Shown here: positions 1 to 9,364 of the stretch, piece by piece
Position numbering within the stretch: position 1 is the first letter of the stretch
Layout of the letters: the number at the start of each line of letters is the position of its first letter
Origin: Candidatus Roizmanbacteria bacterium
Lineage (GTDB): Bacteria > Patescibacteriota > Microgenomatia > UBA1406 > HO2-37-13b
Length of the DNA: 64,000 nt
Direction of reading: 5' to 3'
Assembly (NCBI GenBank): GCA_038127095.1
Contig: JAYPGZ010000001.1
Location: forward strand, 72,205-136,204
Program-made: the position numbers and the translations under genes
Notes under the pieces: model-generated
Told to the model about the DNA's origin: nothing
The model's database searches: none
The model's input: only the letters and a program-made list of their open reading frames with translations

Positions 1-52
1 TTTGCATCTTTTCAGTATACCGTGCAATTTCTTATTATGATATAAATATCTT

Positions 53-736
53 ATGAAAAAGTCTGGTAGCGCGCGAAGATTTCGTATTAATGCACTTGGA
101 TTTTCATCACTATATATATTTACTTCAACGATAGGAGGATATGTGTTATTTTCTTGGCTTTTGGGAGTGTCATACCTATTACATAGTATTTCAGAAGGTT
201 TAACAAAGGATAGTTTGTTTCTTGGGTTGATTTATTTAGTAGGAATTCCAGTGCTTATTTATGTATTGCATGTGGTTTTACCAAAAATAAAATCGGTTAC
301 TTTTTTTGCTTGCATAACTTTTTTACTTACAATATGTGCAGAGTATTACGCACATACTAGTTTTTTTACCCAAGATCATCACTTGAACAATCCTGTTTTT
401 TATTTGGTGGTATTCCTATATATAGGTATAAAGACGTTTTTGCTAACATATATTTGGAAATTGCTTGTCCGAGATCACATTACTTCCGATTTGCCTTTAA
501 AAACATATCTCGTTTCTGCTCTTGTATTGGTAGTATTATTTATTCCTATATACTCAGCAATCGCCGAAGGTACATACGTACGTTTAGGAGGGTATTTATT
601 TGATAAGTATTTAGTTAATATTTTCTTTTTGGATCAGGGTGGATATATGTTGATAACATTATCTTTGTATGTTTTGATATTTGTGGCAATAGTAGGAAAG
701 ATTCTGAATGTACTTGGTTACGGTACGAATAAGTAA
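53..736 (+). CDS. hypothetical polytopic membrane protein
   Basis: 227-aa ORF dominated by hydrophobic helices; no recognisable catalytic motif. Confidence 0.45.
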   Translation: MKKSGSARRFRINALGFSSLYIFTSTIGGYVLFSWLLGVSYLLHSISEGLTKDSLFLGLIYLVGIPVLIYVLHVVLPKIKSVTFFACITFLLTICAEYYAHTSFFTQDHHLNNPVFYLVVFLYIGIKTFLLTYIWKLLVRDHITSDLPLKTYLVSALVLVVLFIPIYSAIAEGTYVRLGGYLFDKYLVNIFFLDQGGYMLITLSLYVLIFVAIVGKILNVLGYGTNK

Positions 737-803
737 ATTACATAACCACATCAATAAAGTGGTGGGCTTTATGGCTATATTCTGGTAAAATACTACCATG
801 TTT

Positions 804-875
804 GGGCCACTAGCTCAATGGTAGAGCACCTCCCTCTTAAGGAGTTGGTTCCCAGTTCGAGTCTGGGGTGGCTCA
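804..875 (+). tRNA. tRNA, probably tRNA-Lys(CTT); CCA not encoded
   Basis: Cloverleaf readable: acceptor GGGCCAC/GTGGCTC, D-arm GCTCAATGGTAGAGC, T-arm CCCAGTTCGAGTCTGGG, anticodon loop CTCTTAA with U33. Anticodon stem has one mismatch, so the isotype is less certain than the tRNA call. Confidence 0.6.
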
Positions 876-880
876 CAAAT

Positions 881-1297
881 ATGTTAATCAAAATTCTCGT
901 AATCGGCGTTGTTAAAAAAGATAATACTATTCTTCTTCGCAAAAAACCTGATGGTTCCCCACCCTACAAAGAAACATGGTATTTATTTGGCGGTGAATTG
1001 ACTGAGAACAACTCTCCAGAAGAGGCCATAATTAACCAAATAAAACAACAAACGGGAATAACTATTCGTGTTCTGCGGAAAATCGGATGGGACACTGAAG
1101 TTAAACATGATCTTGATGGTATTGAAAAACAGTTTGTTTATCTGAGTACTCTCTGTGAATATATAGAAGGAGATCTTGTCCCAGCTAAGGGAATTGAAAA
1201 GCTTGAGTGGGTTCCAATTGCTACATTGGGAGAATATGATCATGTTCCACCATCGCGAAAATTATTACGCGAATTAGGGTATATATCTGAACAATGA
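881..1297 (+). CDS. NUDIX hydrolase (MutT-like)
   Basis: Nudix box-like GGELTENNSPEEAIINQIKQQTGI. The ORF-track start at 818 lies inside the tRNA, so the start is moved to ATG 881. Confidence 0.65.
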   Translation: MLIKILVIGVVKKDNTILLRKKPDGSPPYKETWYLFGGELTENNSPEEAIINQIKQQTGITIRVLRKIGWDTEVKHDLDGIEKQFVYLSTLCEYIEGDLVPAKGIEKLEWVPIATLGEYDHVPPSRKLLRELGYISEQ

Positions 1298-1440
1298 CCA
1301 TTGCGCAAATCTACGATCAGCTCGGAATTACGCCAAATTTGCAGGCTCATATGCTGCGGGTTACATCGGTTGCGCTCTTTATTGCGCAATACTGGAAAGG
1401 AAATGAACTAGATCCAGATCTGCTCACATCATATTTTGAA
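1294..1440 (+). pseudogene. possible N-terminal fragment of an HD-domain phosphohydrolase (truncated)
   Basis: First ~45 aa (QIYDQLG...AHMLRVTSVALFIAQYW) resemble HD-domain N-termini, but no H-D dyad follows. Similarity stops where a convergent 281-aa ORF terminates at 1424. Confidence 0.25.
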
Positions 1441-2269
1441 ATTGATGTAGAATTTCTTCGTTTTCTGTGTGGCCAATCCACTCTTCAGTCGTGGTTGCAG
1501 GTTGTTGTCGTAAGTAATCAAGCGGGCTTAAATCGGCTGCAAGTATAAATCGTGCAGGTTGCTGTTTGCCATATGTGGATTCCATAAAAAAACCAATATT
1601 TACTATTGCGCTCGCATTACGCTCCACTTGTCTAAACTGGGACGGATCATTTCCGTCAAGTTCTTGCGCATAGTTTTGAGGAAATTCGTACGTACTGTAC
1701 AAAATTGGAATAATGCAAGGGGTGTGTATGTCAACGTGGTTTCCTGGATTACCTACAAGATGTAAAAGATTTCTTATCACGAGTACAGCATGTATGCCTC
1801 CTGAAAGTCGCGCATGCTGTTCATAATATTCCTGAAGTGCAGCTAAAGAATCAACAGAAGTTTCGGTAGCCAGACGGCTGCGCTCGGTTGCCTTATGTGA
1901 ATCTTGAGCTTGTTGTGCCCATGGCTCATGTTTTGAGGCAAGTGTAGAAAGATGACGTGAAAATGCACTAATTCCTGCTCCTGTAGCAGTTTGAACAGTT
2001 GCATGTTCGTCAAGTTTTATTGGTAGGTACCACACAGGACGCCTGGATTCGTCTAAATACATTCCTTGTAAACTAGCATCTTCCATTTGAGAAAATACCG
2101 ATTGTAATACGTCGGCACTATGCTGACGAGTGTCCAAGGCTAAACGACCCTTATTTTGAATACGAGTGTGTAAAGTGTCTGCTGTTAACTTATGTGCTGA
2201 TAATTCGCGCTGTTGAAAAGATTCTTTTGACGTTGTCATAAAAATTGCAGGTACTATAACACGAAACAA
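1424..2269 (-). CDS. hypothetical protein
   Basis: 281-aa ORF with protein-like composition, somewhat higher GC than neighbours, no recognised motif. Confidence 0.4.
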   Translation of the reverse strand: MFRVIVPAIFMTTSKESFQQRELSAHKLTADTLHTRIQNKGRLALDTRQHSADVLQSVFSQMEDASLQGMYLDESRRPVWYLPIKLDEHATVQTATGAGISAFSRHLSTLASKHEPWAQQAQDSHKATERSRLATETSVDSLAALQEYYEQHARLSGGIHAVLVIRNLLHLVGNPGNHVDIHTPCIIPILYSTYEFPQNYAQELDGNDPSQFRQVERNASAIVNIGFFMESTYGKQQPARFILAADLSPLDYLRQQPATTTEEWIGHTENEEILHQFQNMM

Positions 2270-2312
2270 TGAAATTCACAAGAATATCTCTAGATTTATA
2301 TCGGCCTGTAGT

Positions 2313-2675
2313 ATGATATACTATCTCATGGCAGAACGTAGCATTGTACAATTTGGATCTCTGGTAAGACTTAAAACGGCTCCTGAAGAACTGCAAGTAG
2401 TATTAGATGTTAAATATTATCAAAGAATGCTTCGTCTAGGGCGCTTAGTAGAACATGAAGATAGTTATGCATTAGTCGAATATTTATATCCGCATTTTAA
2501 GGCAGATGAAGTTGGTGCTGTACACAACGCCCATTTGAATGAGGTCGAAATTGTTGAAGCTCTGCGACGCGCAGCATTGGCAAATGGAAGAGAAATCGGT
2601 GCTGATGAAATCGACATGTTTATAAGCTCTTTTCCCGACCAGAAAGCAACTTCGATCATTATTACCTATGAATGA
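2313..2675 (+). CDS. hypothetical protein
   Basis: 120-aa ORF overlapping the next ORF by 8 nt, suggesting translational coupling. Confidence 0.4.
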   Translation: MIYYLMAERSIVQFGSLVRLKTAPEELQVVLDVKYYQRMLRLGRLVEHEDSYALVEYLYPHFKADEVGAVHNAHLNEVEIVEALRRAALANGREIGADEIDMFISSFPDQKATSIIITYE

Positions 2676-3045
2676 ACAATTTCTTACTGAAAAGGAACCA
2701 CGAAGAATTGAGGTTAGTGCTGGAACATTGTATTTAGATCACAATTCAATGACATATGTCGTTCTCGATCCGGCAGTCGGCTTTAGCAGACGACCCACAA
2801 AACAACTTAGGGTCACCCGATGGATGCTTGATAATATGACTAGTGAGTACTATTGGCTGTATGATCTGCAAGAACTTGTAAATCCTCGAACAGTACAAGA
2901 AGTTCTATATACACTCGACAAAAATGTTTTTAGACGTGCTGGGCGTAAAGGAGCCGAATTAGGTGGTGTGACTTTGTCGGCATTAGTAGAACAAGAGATT
3001 ACAGAAGCACTACACAAAGGAGTCGTTATTCACGAAATTCGTTAA
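2668..3045 (+). CDS. hypothetical protein
   Basis: 125-aa ORF, second member of an overlapping gene pair. Confidence 0.4.
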   Translation: MNEQFLTEKEPRRIEVSAGTLYLDHNSMTYVVLDPAVGFSRRPTKQLRVTRWMLDNMTSEYYWLYDLQELVNPRTVQEVLYTLDKNVFRRAGRKGAELGGVTLSALVEQEITEALHKGVVIHEIR

Positions 3046-4635
3046 TTAAATCTCTTCCCGCTTCCCTCGCACAAATTTCACCCATTCTTCAATAATATCT
3101 ATAATCATTTTAAATGGAGCCTCGATGAAAAAGTCAAAAATAAGCATGAGCACATTTAAACGTGCGACTTCATTACTCAGGAACTTACCTACCGATACGA
3201 TTGGTAAAAACATAAAATATAGGATCGGTGAAAATATTCCATCTGCCTCTTCAAGCGAATATTCCTTGGCAGTTTGACGAATGCGATATCCAAAAAATCC
3301 GACAACTGTTAAGAAGAATACAAAAATTGTTGTGCCAATAATGTTGAATCCCATACGCTCAAGCAGAATGAAAATTGTTCCAAATAGAATGCCAAAGAAA
3401 ATAAAGTAGATCAGTGTAAACCCAAGCACTAGCAATGGACGATTTGTTTGCTTTTCATGTGTTACTTTAATAGGTGCAGTTTCAAACGTTTCATCGTTAT
3501 TAATAATATTGACCAATCGATTATATATACGTTGTGTATTTTTTGCGTCAGGAACTCGGAAAAATGAAACGAGTAAGCCCATAAAGATAGGCGGCATAAT
3601 AACGTTCATAACGAGCGGTAAAATATCAAGTGCCCCGTAAAAAAATCGTGATAGCGGAATTTCCAAAAGGAGTACAAAAATAATTTTTGTTAAAAAAATA
3701 TACGTAATGCTGCGAATCATGGCAGTACGCAGTTTCATGTTGGTTTCCTTATATTTTTTGTCACACGACGCCTGCACTTTTTCCAATAACAAAGTCTCGT
3801 CTTGAAGAATTGTTGCGCTATCGGAATTGGCATTTTTTAAAATGTCGTCTAAGATTAGAAATGGAGGAACCTGTTTTTTTGCCTGCTTAATAAGTTTATC
3901 TTTGTATGGATTTTCAATGATTTTTTCAAAGTCTCGAACAATCGTTGGCCAATTTCGTACAAGGTCTGTTAATTTTTCTTCATTTAAAGCAGTAAATGTG
4001 CCGTAGTGTAAGGTAAAAAGATGGTATCGAGTATATGCGTTGTCATTCTTAGCAAAAGCTACTTCTGCAGCAGTATAAAAGTAAGCGTCTCGAAGCTCAT
4101 CCGATACATTTGCAAGCTGGAATTTTTTATGAAGAACTTGATAATAAAAATATAAGTTTGCATTGAATCGCTTTGTTTTTTCTAGTTCAATGTGTTCTTC
4201 TATTTCGCACGTAAGAATGTCGTATAAGTACTGTGTTTGTTTTGGTGAATTTTTTCCATGTACTTTGCTGAGGTTTTGCAAAAACCATACAAACTTATTT
4301 ATTCCATCTTGAATATTACTTACCTCTGACGTTTTAAGCGTTTCAGATGACATGTAGCGTGCCCACAATAATTCGCGAACAACATTTTCCCCTTCTCCTT
4401 TTCCGCTCGGGTTTATTGCAAGTCTTCTACGTAAAATTCTTTCTATTGCAGCACGTCGAACTAAGTGTTCTTCACGAAATTCAATTGAATTTCGTACTTT
4501 TTCGTACAGCAAGGCAAAAAACGACACAGTTTGCGATACCTGCAAATGTGTCATGTCGGTTGAAGGAGATTTTTTCTTTGCTTGATGAAGCGATTCCAGT
4601 AGTGCTTGCGTATATTTTGACAACGTAATGGCCAT
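3046..4635 (-). CDS. hypothetical membrane protein (soluble N-terminal region, multi-TM C-terminal region)
   Basis: 529-aa ORF; the C-terminal third is strongly hydrophobic (several predicted TM helices). Confidence 0.5.
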   Translation of the reverse strand: MAITLSKYTQALLESLHQAKKKSPSTDMTHLQVSQTVSFFALLYEKVRNSIEFREEHLVRRAAIERILRRRLAINPSGKGEGENVVRELLWARYMSSETLKTSEVSNIQDGINKFVWFLQNLSKVHGKNSPKQTQYLYDILTCEIEEHIELEKTKRFNANLYFYYQVLHKKFQLANVSDELRDAYFYTAAEVAFAKNDNAYTRYHLFTLHYGTFTALNEEKLTDLVRNWPTIVRDFEKIIENPYKDKLIKQAKKQVPPFLILDDILKNANSDSATILQDETLLLEKVQASCDKKYKETNMKLRTAMIRSITYIFLTKIIFVLLLEIPLSRFFYGALDILPLVMNVIMPPIFMGLLVSFFRVPDAKNTQRIYNRLVNIINNDETFETAPIKVTHEKQTNRPLLVLGFTLIYFIFFGILFGTIFILLERMGFNIIGTTIFVFFLTVVGFFGYRIRQTAKEYSLEEADGIFSPILYFMFLPIVSVGKFLSNEVARLNVLMLIFDFFIEAPFKMIIDIIEEWVKFVRGKREEI

Positions 4636-4679
4636 AGACTATCTATTATACGCTCATTTTGCTATACTGGAGGGGTTTC

Positions 4680-5150
4680 ATGAAAATTCTTAGTCTTGAT
4701 TCAGGAATTGAGCGGACCGGATATGCAATTTTTGAGAAAAACTCACAGGGTTATACGTATATAAACTGTGGCATTGTTGTAACCGATAAAAAATTACCGC
4801 TTGTAGAACGCTTACGTACCCTTGCTGTTGCGCTTCACACGCTTATAGAGCAATACAAGCCTGACACAATGGTAGTAGAGCAATTATTTTTCAACACCAA
4901 TGCTAAAACGGCGATTACCGTTGCACAAGCGCAGGGCGCCACACTCTTGGTTGCTTCTAAACACAATATTCCTGTGGAATTTCTTTCCCCATTAACCATT
5001 AAGCAAGTAGTCACCGGCGACGGACGGGCAGATAAAAAGCAAATGAAAAAAATGCTGGAATTTTCAATACAGTTTGTTCAAAAACCAGAAACAGATGACG
5101 TTTATGATGCCGTTGCGTGTGGAATGGCATATTGTATTTTAAATAGATGA
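4680..5150 (+). CDS. ruvC: Holliday junction resolvase RuvC
   Basis: MKILSLDSGIERTGYAIF... matches RuvC N-terminus and catalytic-acid spacing. RBS GGAGGGG lies 4 nt upstream of ATG 4680. Confidence 0.85.
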   Translation: MKILSLDSGIERTGYAIFEKNSQGYTYINCGIVVTDKKLPLVERLRTLAVALHTLIEQYKPDTMVVEQLFFNTNAKTAITVAQAQGATLLVASKHNIPVEFLSPLTIKQVVTGDGRADKKQMKKMLEFSIQFVQKPETDDVYDAVACGMAYCILNR

Positions 5151-5165
5151 TACAATTGAAAAACT

Positions 5166-5744
5166 ATGATTGGCAAATTGAAAGGAACTATTTCAGAAGT
5201 ACAAGGAACAGTTGTTTTACTTGAGACTTCAGGTGGCGTGTTTTATTCACTGTATTGTATGCCAGATTTAATTTCTGCGCACAAAATTGGTGATACGGTA
5301 GCAATGTACACGTATTTACAAGTTCGGGAAGATGCGCTTACGCTTTTTGGATTTTCTTCAAAAGAAGCTCATGATTTGTTTCAAATGTTGCTTTCTGTTG
5401 ATGGTGTTGGTCCAAAACTTGGATTTGCTATTATTTCATTTGCACAGCCAAAAAATATTACCGATGCTGTTCTACAACAAAATGTAAGTTTTTTTAATGG
5501 AATTCCTGGTGTCGGAAAAAAAACGGCGCAAAAGATACTATTGGAATTGTCGTCTAAGATGAATCAAGAATATACGATTAAAAATCAAATTCTTAGTTCC
5601 GATGAAAAAACTATAATAGATGCCCTTGTTGCTTTAGGATTTGATAAAAACGAAAGCAATTCAATTTTGTCAAAACTTGATAATTCACTTTCTTTGGAAG
5701 ATAAAATAAAACAAGCGATTCAATTATTAACAAATCATTCATGA
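5166..5744 (+). CDS. ruvA: Holliday junction branch-migration protein RuvA
   Basis: MIGKLKG...FGF...DGVGPK...IPGVGKKTA HhH motifs typical of RuvA. Confidence 0.85.
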   Translation: MIGKLKGTISEVQGTVVLLETSGGVFYSLYCMPDLISAHKIGDTVAMYTYLQVREDALTLFGFSSKEAHDLFQMLLSVDGVGPKLGFAIISFAQPKNITDAVLQQNVSFFNGIPGVGKKTAQKILLELSSKMNQEYTIKNQILSSDEKTIIDALVALGFDKNESNSILSKLDNSLSLEDKIKQAIQLLTNHS

Positions 5745-6742
5745 AAAAAGACGATACTATTGTTTTAGATATTAACCTTCGACCATCAACATTGCAGGAG
5801 TATATTGGTCAGGGAAAAGTAAAGCGATCATTACAACTCTTCGTAGACGCAGTTACTAAGCGAGGTGTTGTGGCAGAGCATTTGCTTTTTTATGGCCCTC
5901 CGGGCATGGGAAAAACGACGCTGTCGCACATTATTGCACGAGAGCTTAATGGAGAGCTCAAAACGACTTCAGGGCCAGCTATTGCTAAAACTGGAGATTT
6001 GGCAGCAATTCTCACCAACCTAAAAGATAATGACGTGTTGTTTATCGATGAAATTCATCGACTCCCTAAAGCTGTTGAAGAGGCGCTGTATCCGGTTATG
6101 GAAGATTTTTCGCTCGATATTATTATTGGAAAAGGACCTTCGGCTCGAACCATGCGATTACCAATTCCTAAAATTACTATTGTTGGCGCCACAACGCGTT
6201 TGGCGCTCCTTTCAGCTCCACTGCGAGATCGGTTTGGCATGACACTTCGATTAGATTACTATACCGATGAAGAAATGGCGCAAATTGTTTTAAGATCGGC
6301 AAAATTGTACGACATTCCCCTGTCGACTGAAATTGCCACACTTATTGCAAAACGTGCGCGACGAACTCCTCGATTGGCAAATCGAATACTCAAACGTGCG
6401 CGCGATCTGTATGAAGTAAAAAAGCTCAAAGAAATTACTCCGCAAGTTATTGATGATCTATTTTCGATTCTTGAGATTGATGAAATAGGTTTAACTGATG
6501 GGGATCGAAAATATTTGCTTGCAATAATTGAAAAATTTGATGGCGGTCCGGTAGGCGTGAGTACACTTGCGCATACGCTGTCTGAGGATATACAGACTAT
6601 TGAAGAATATATTGAACCGTACCTAATGCGCATAGGATTTCTAAAAAAAACTGGAAAAGGACGGGTGGTTACGCCTAAAGCATATTCTCATTTGCATATT
6701 TCTCCAAAAAAACAGCCAGTGGAACAGACGAGGCTGGCGTAG
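5741..6742 (+). CDS. ruvB: Holliday junction ATP-dependent helicase RuvB
   Basis: LLFYGPPGMGKTTL Walker A, VLFIDEIHRL Walker B, RuvB-like C-terminus; 4-nt overlap with ruvA. Confidence 0.9.
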   Translation: MKKDDTIVLDINLRPSTLQEYIGQGKVKRSLQLFVDAVTKRGVVAEHLLFYGPPGMGKTTLSHIIARELNGELKTTSGPAIAKTGDLAAILTNLKDNDVLFIDEIHRLPKAVEEALYPVMEDFSLDIIIGKGPSARTMRLPIPKITIVGATTRLALLSAPLRDRFGMTLRLDYYTDEEMAQIVLRSAKLYDIPLSTEIATLIAKRARRTPRLANRILKRARDLYEVKKLKEITPQVIDDLFSILEIDEIGLTDGDRKYLLAIIEKFDGGPVGVSTLAHTLSEDIQTIEEYIEPYLMRIGFLKKTGKGRVVTPKAYSHLHISPKKQPVEQTRLA

Positions 6743-8478
6743 TATAATAAGCTTTCAGATATTTGCCCGGGTGGTGAAATTGGTATACACGCAGTCTTGA
6801 GGAGGCTGTGCCGCAAGGCGTGGAGGTTCAAGTCCTCTCTCGGGCACCATACAGAACTTTTTAGATAATATTTTGCTTTAGCCCTTTGTAATGGGCTTCT
6901 TTTGGGTTCGAGCGGGCTTAATTTCTTCTTTGTTTTTTGACTACCCCTTTTATACCGAATAAACAGATATCGAAGCTGAAACTTCAAATTTTGATCTAGT
7001 AGGATTGGGTTCGAGCCGACAGTCTTAAATATTACTTTTTTATCATCAGATTCCCCATTTCCAAACCGTTCAGCTGCTCGCAACCCGAACTCAAAGCTAT
7101 CTTTTGCAATATCTGCCCATTCGTTCTTCCCTGGAGCTGTTTGTTCTAGTTGTTTTGTGATCTTTTCTTTCTCAAGAAGTAGTACTCTTTTTCTGTCCGC
7201 AAACTCCTGATCAGAAAGTAACGCTCCATCAGAGTTATCAGGTGAGATTTTGAGGGAGACAAGATTGTTAATTCGTTTCGTTACTCCCTCAAGAGCTTTT
7301 TGTAAGGCTTCGTGGCTTGTGGCAACAACAGTACTGTCCTGAGTTTTAACTTTCTCTAGTGCTTCTAGGGCAAGCTCGGCAAACTCCGGCATAAGTTCAA
7401 GTTCGGTCAATTCATCTTTAAATTGATCTTCTAACTTGCCCGATGACAGATAGGGCTGATTACATTTGTTTTCCTGGTTCTTCTTTGTACATCGATAGTA
7501 CGCAAAAACTTGGGAAGTACCATTTTTGTAATGTTTTGTGTGTGATTCGACGGTAATACAATATCCACATTCTCCACATTTAATAATCCCGTTTAATGCG
7601 GAATCGTGTTTATGTGGCTTTCCTTTTGCTCTACCATCGACAATATCTTGTAAAAGGTTAAACTCATCATCTGATAAAAGCGGAGGATGCTGTCCTTGAT
7701 ACATTCTTCCACAATAGATAAATTTGCCTGTATAGAATGGATCTCGGAGTAACCTATGCATTGCACTCTTGCAGATAGGTTTGCCACTTTTTGAGCTTCT
7801 GATGCCCAAATTTGCTGCTTCTTTAACAAGCCGTTCCACACTATAGTTACCAGTTAACGCAAGATCAAATAGCTTTCTCATTAACGTAAAATCAGTCGGA
7901 TGGGCAGAGATATCTCGCAGTCCTTGTGGCTTATCGTGGTTATTCATATATCCCGGACGTGCTTTACCAGGAAAAACGCCCCGTTCGGCTTTTAGCAATA
8001 ATGATTCTCTAACGTTTACGCTTTTATTATCATTCTCAAGCTTTGCCTGGGTGCATAAAAGATTAAGCATGAACTTATCATAGGGGTTATTCTTAAATAC
8101 TTGATATGGCGTAACAACTTCCAGAAGCTTGCCTTGATCCATAAGATATATGATTCTTCCGGTATCAATGGTATTTCGAGATAACCGAGAGGGATTAAGC
8201 AGAACAATTCCATTCACTTCTCCGTCCTCAATCATTTGAATGAGCTGATTAAAAACAGGACGTCCTGGAATTTTTGCGGATTTGGACTCTTGGAATGGGT
8301 CGCCTATAATATGTAAGCCTCTTGATGCTATATATGAAGTCAGAGTGTGTATTTGATCAGGAAGGGACTGAATTTGTCGCTCATCAGACTCACTGCTTTT
8401 TCTGCAATATATTGCATATTTGCTTATCAGTGGAAAATCTTGCTGATTGTTAGTAGTGTTGTATTCCGATAGTCTCAT
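6688..8478 (-). CDS. large serine recombinase (integrase); 3' end reads through the tRNA-Leu gene
   Basis: N-terminal resolvase-type catalytic region (YCRKSSESDERQ), recombinase domain and Cys-rich zinc-ribbon (CGECGYC...C..C). No in-frame stop before 6688, so the true C-terminus is ambiguous; the low-complexity tail (KRGSQKTKKK...) may be read-through. Confidence 0.75.
   Translation of the reverse strand: MRLSEYNTTNNQQDFPLISKYAIYCRKSSESDERQIQSLPDQIHTLTSYIASRGLHIIGDPFQESKSAKIPGRPVFNQLIQMIEDGEVNGIVLLNPSRLSRNTIDTGRIIYLMDQGKLLEVVTPYQVFKNNPYDKFMLNLLCTQAKLENDNKSVNVRESLLLKAERGVFPGKARPGYMNNHDKPQGLRDISAHPTDFTLMRKLFDLALTGNYSVERLVKEAANLGIRSSKSGKPICKSAMHRLLRDPFYTGKFIYCGRMYQGQHPPLLSDDEFNLLQDIVDGRAKGKPHKHDSALNGIIKCGECGYCITVESHTKHYKNGTSQVFAYYRCTKKNQENKCNQPYLSSGKLEDQFKDELTELELMPEFAELALEALEKVKTQDSTVVATSHEALQKALEGVTKRINNLVSLKISPDNSDGALLSDQEFADRKRVLLLEKEKITKQLEQTAPGKNEWADIAKDSFEFGLRAAERFGNGESDDKKVIFKTVGSNPILLDQNLKFQLRYLFIRYKRGSQKTKKKLSPLEPKRSPLQRAKAKYYLKSSVWCPREDLNLHALRHSLLKTACIPISPPGQISESLLYYASLVCSTGCFFGEICK
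6765..6849 (+). tRNA. tRNA-Leu(GAG), long variable arm, CCA encoded
   Basis: Acceptor GCCCGGG/CTCGGGC, anticodon loop TTGAGGA, variable arm TGCCGCAAGGCG, T-arm GGAGGTTCAAGTCCTCT, then ACCA. Confidence 0.8.
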
Positions 8479-8659
8479 GGTGCCTCCTTTCTTCGTGGGA
8501 AATTAAGACAGAATTTGTTTTGGATGTAGGCTTTAGAAGTACTTTCATAAGATTCACCAGATCAGTAGCCATTGCCGTTGCTTCCTCATCAGAAAGCGCA
8601 ATATTAAACTTTTCGTGATACAGCTTCTTAAACTTTTCTTGCAATTCTTTATCTATCAT
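8450..8659 (-). CDS. small hypothetical protein upstream of, and overlapping, the integrase start
   Basis: 69-aa ORF, 29-nt overlap with the recombinase N-terminus; divergent from an XRE regulator across a palindromic operator. Confidence 0.3.
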   Translation of the reverse strand: MIDKELQEKFKKLYHEKFNIALSDEEATAMATDLVNLMKVLLKPTSKTNSVLISHEERRHHETIGIQHY

Positions 8660-8667
8660 ACTTTAGT

Positions 8668-8707
8668 ACTACAACTATAGTTATAGTATAGTAACTATAG
8701 TTGTAGT
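8668..8707. promoter_or_regulatory. perfect 15-bp inverted repeat (ACTACAACTATAGTT / AACTATAGTTGTAGT) with 10-bp spacer; candidate operator
   Basis: Read directly in the intergenic region between the divergent small ORF/integrase and the XRE HTH gene. Confidence 0.55.
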
Positions 8708-8743
8708 TGTCAAGCGTAAATGAGTAAAAACTGAAGCTAAAAT

Positions 8744-9013
8744 ATGCCTATTGAATTAATTAACCAAAATATGAGCTATACTATTATTATGAATGCAATT
8801 GCAAACCAAAGGAGCCAGCTGGCATTTGGTAAAAACCTCAGAGAGGAACGGGATCGTAAAAACCTGTCACAAGAGGATGTAGCGCAGAAAGCAGGAATAT
8901 CCGTTACGTATTATGCTGGTATTGAGCGAGGAGAAGAAAATCCTACTTTTGCAGTGCTTGAGCAAATATGTAAGGCACTTAGAGTGAAATCTTCACAGGT
9001 GCTTCCTTTTTAA
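8744..9013 (+). CDS. XRE-family helix-turn-helix transcriptional regulator (Cro/CI-like)
   Basis: LSQEDVAQKAGISVTYYAGIERGEENPTFAVLEQICKAL is a canonical XRE HTH. Confidence 0.7.
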   Translation: MPIELINQNMSYTIIMNAIANQRSQLAFGKNLREERDRKNLSQEDVAQKAGISVTYYAGIERGEENPTFAVLEQICKALRVKSSQVLPF

Positions 9014-9018
9014 GACAT

Positions 9019-9240
9019 TCAATTAACCTTTTTTCTATTGGCTATATCAGTCTGAATTCGTTTAGCAGTAATTTGAAGTGCGGTCATCAATCTTTCAATG
9101 TGATCATCGCTTAAATCTTCTTGATTTAATGCCTTCATAATATCCATTACATCATTTTTATTTTCAATATCCAGGTGCTGTTCCACAGCATATTCATAGA
9201 TATCAAGAACCAATTTTGCCTCATCCTCTGCTGTTTTCAT
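9019..9240 (-). CDS. small hypothetical acidic protein
   Basis: 73-aa ORF, no motif. Confidence 0.35.
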   Translation of the reverse strand: MKTAEDEAKLVLDIYEYAVEQHLDIENKNDVMDIMKALNQEDLSDDHIERLMTALQITAKRIQTDIANRKKVN

Positions 9241-9364
9241 GTAAAGATTATAACATGAAATATTTTCGGCGTTCAGTCTGCATGGCTTCCTTTTTTTGAT
9301 CTTTTCTGATATACTTCGTGGTTACTTAGCCCTTTATAGCAATCTGTAATATTAATGTTCATTT

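Noticed and set aside
818-880. ORF-track start of the NUDIX gene at 818
   Set aside because: Positions 818..875 are inside a tRNA; a clean ATG at 881 gives the same frame without overlapping the tRNA
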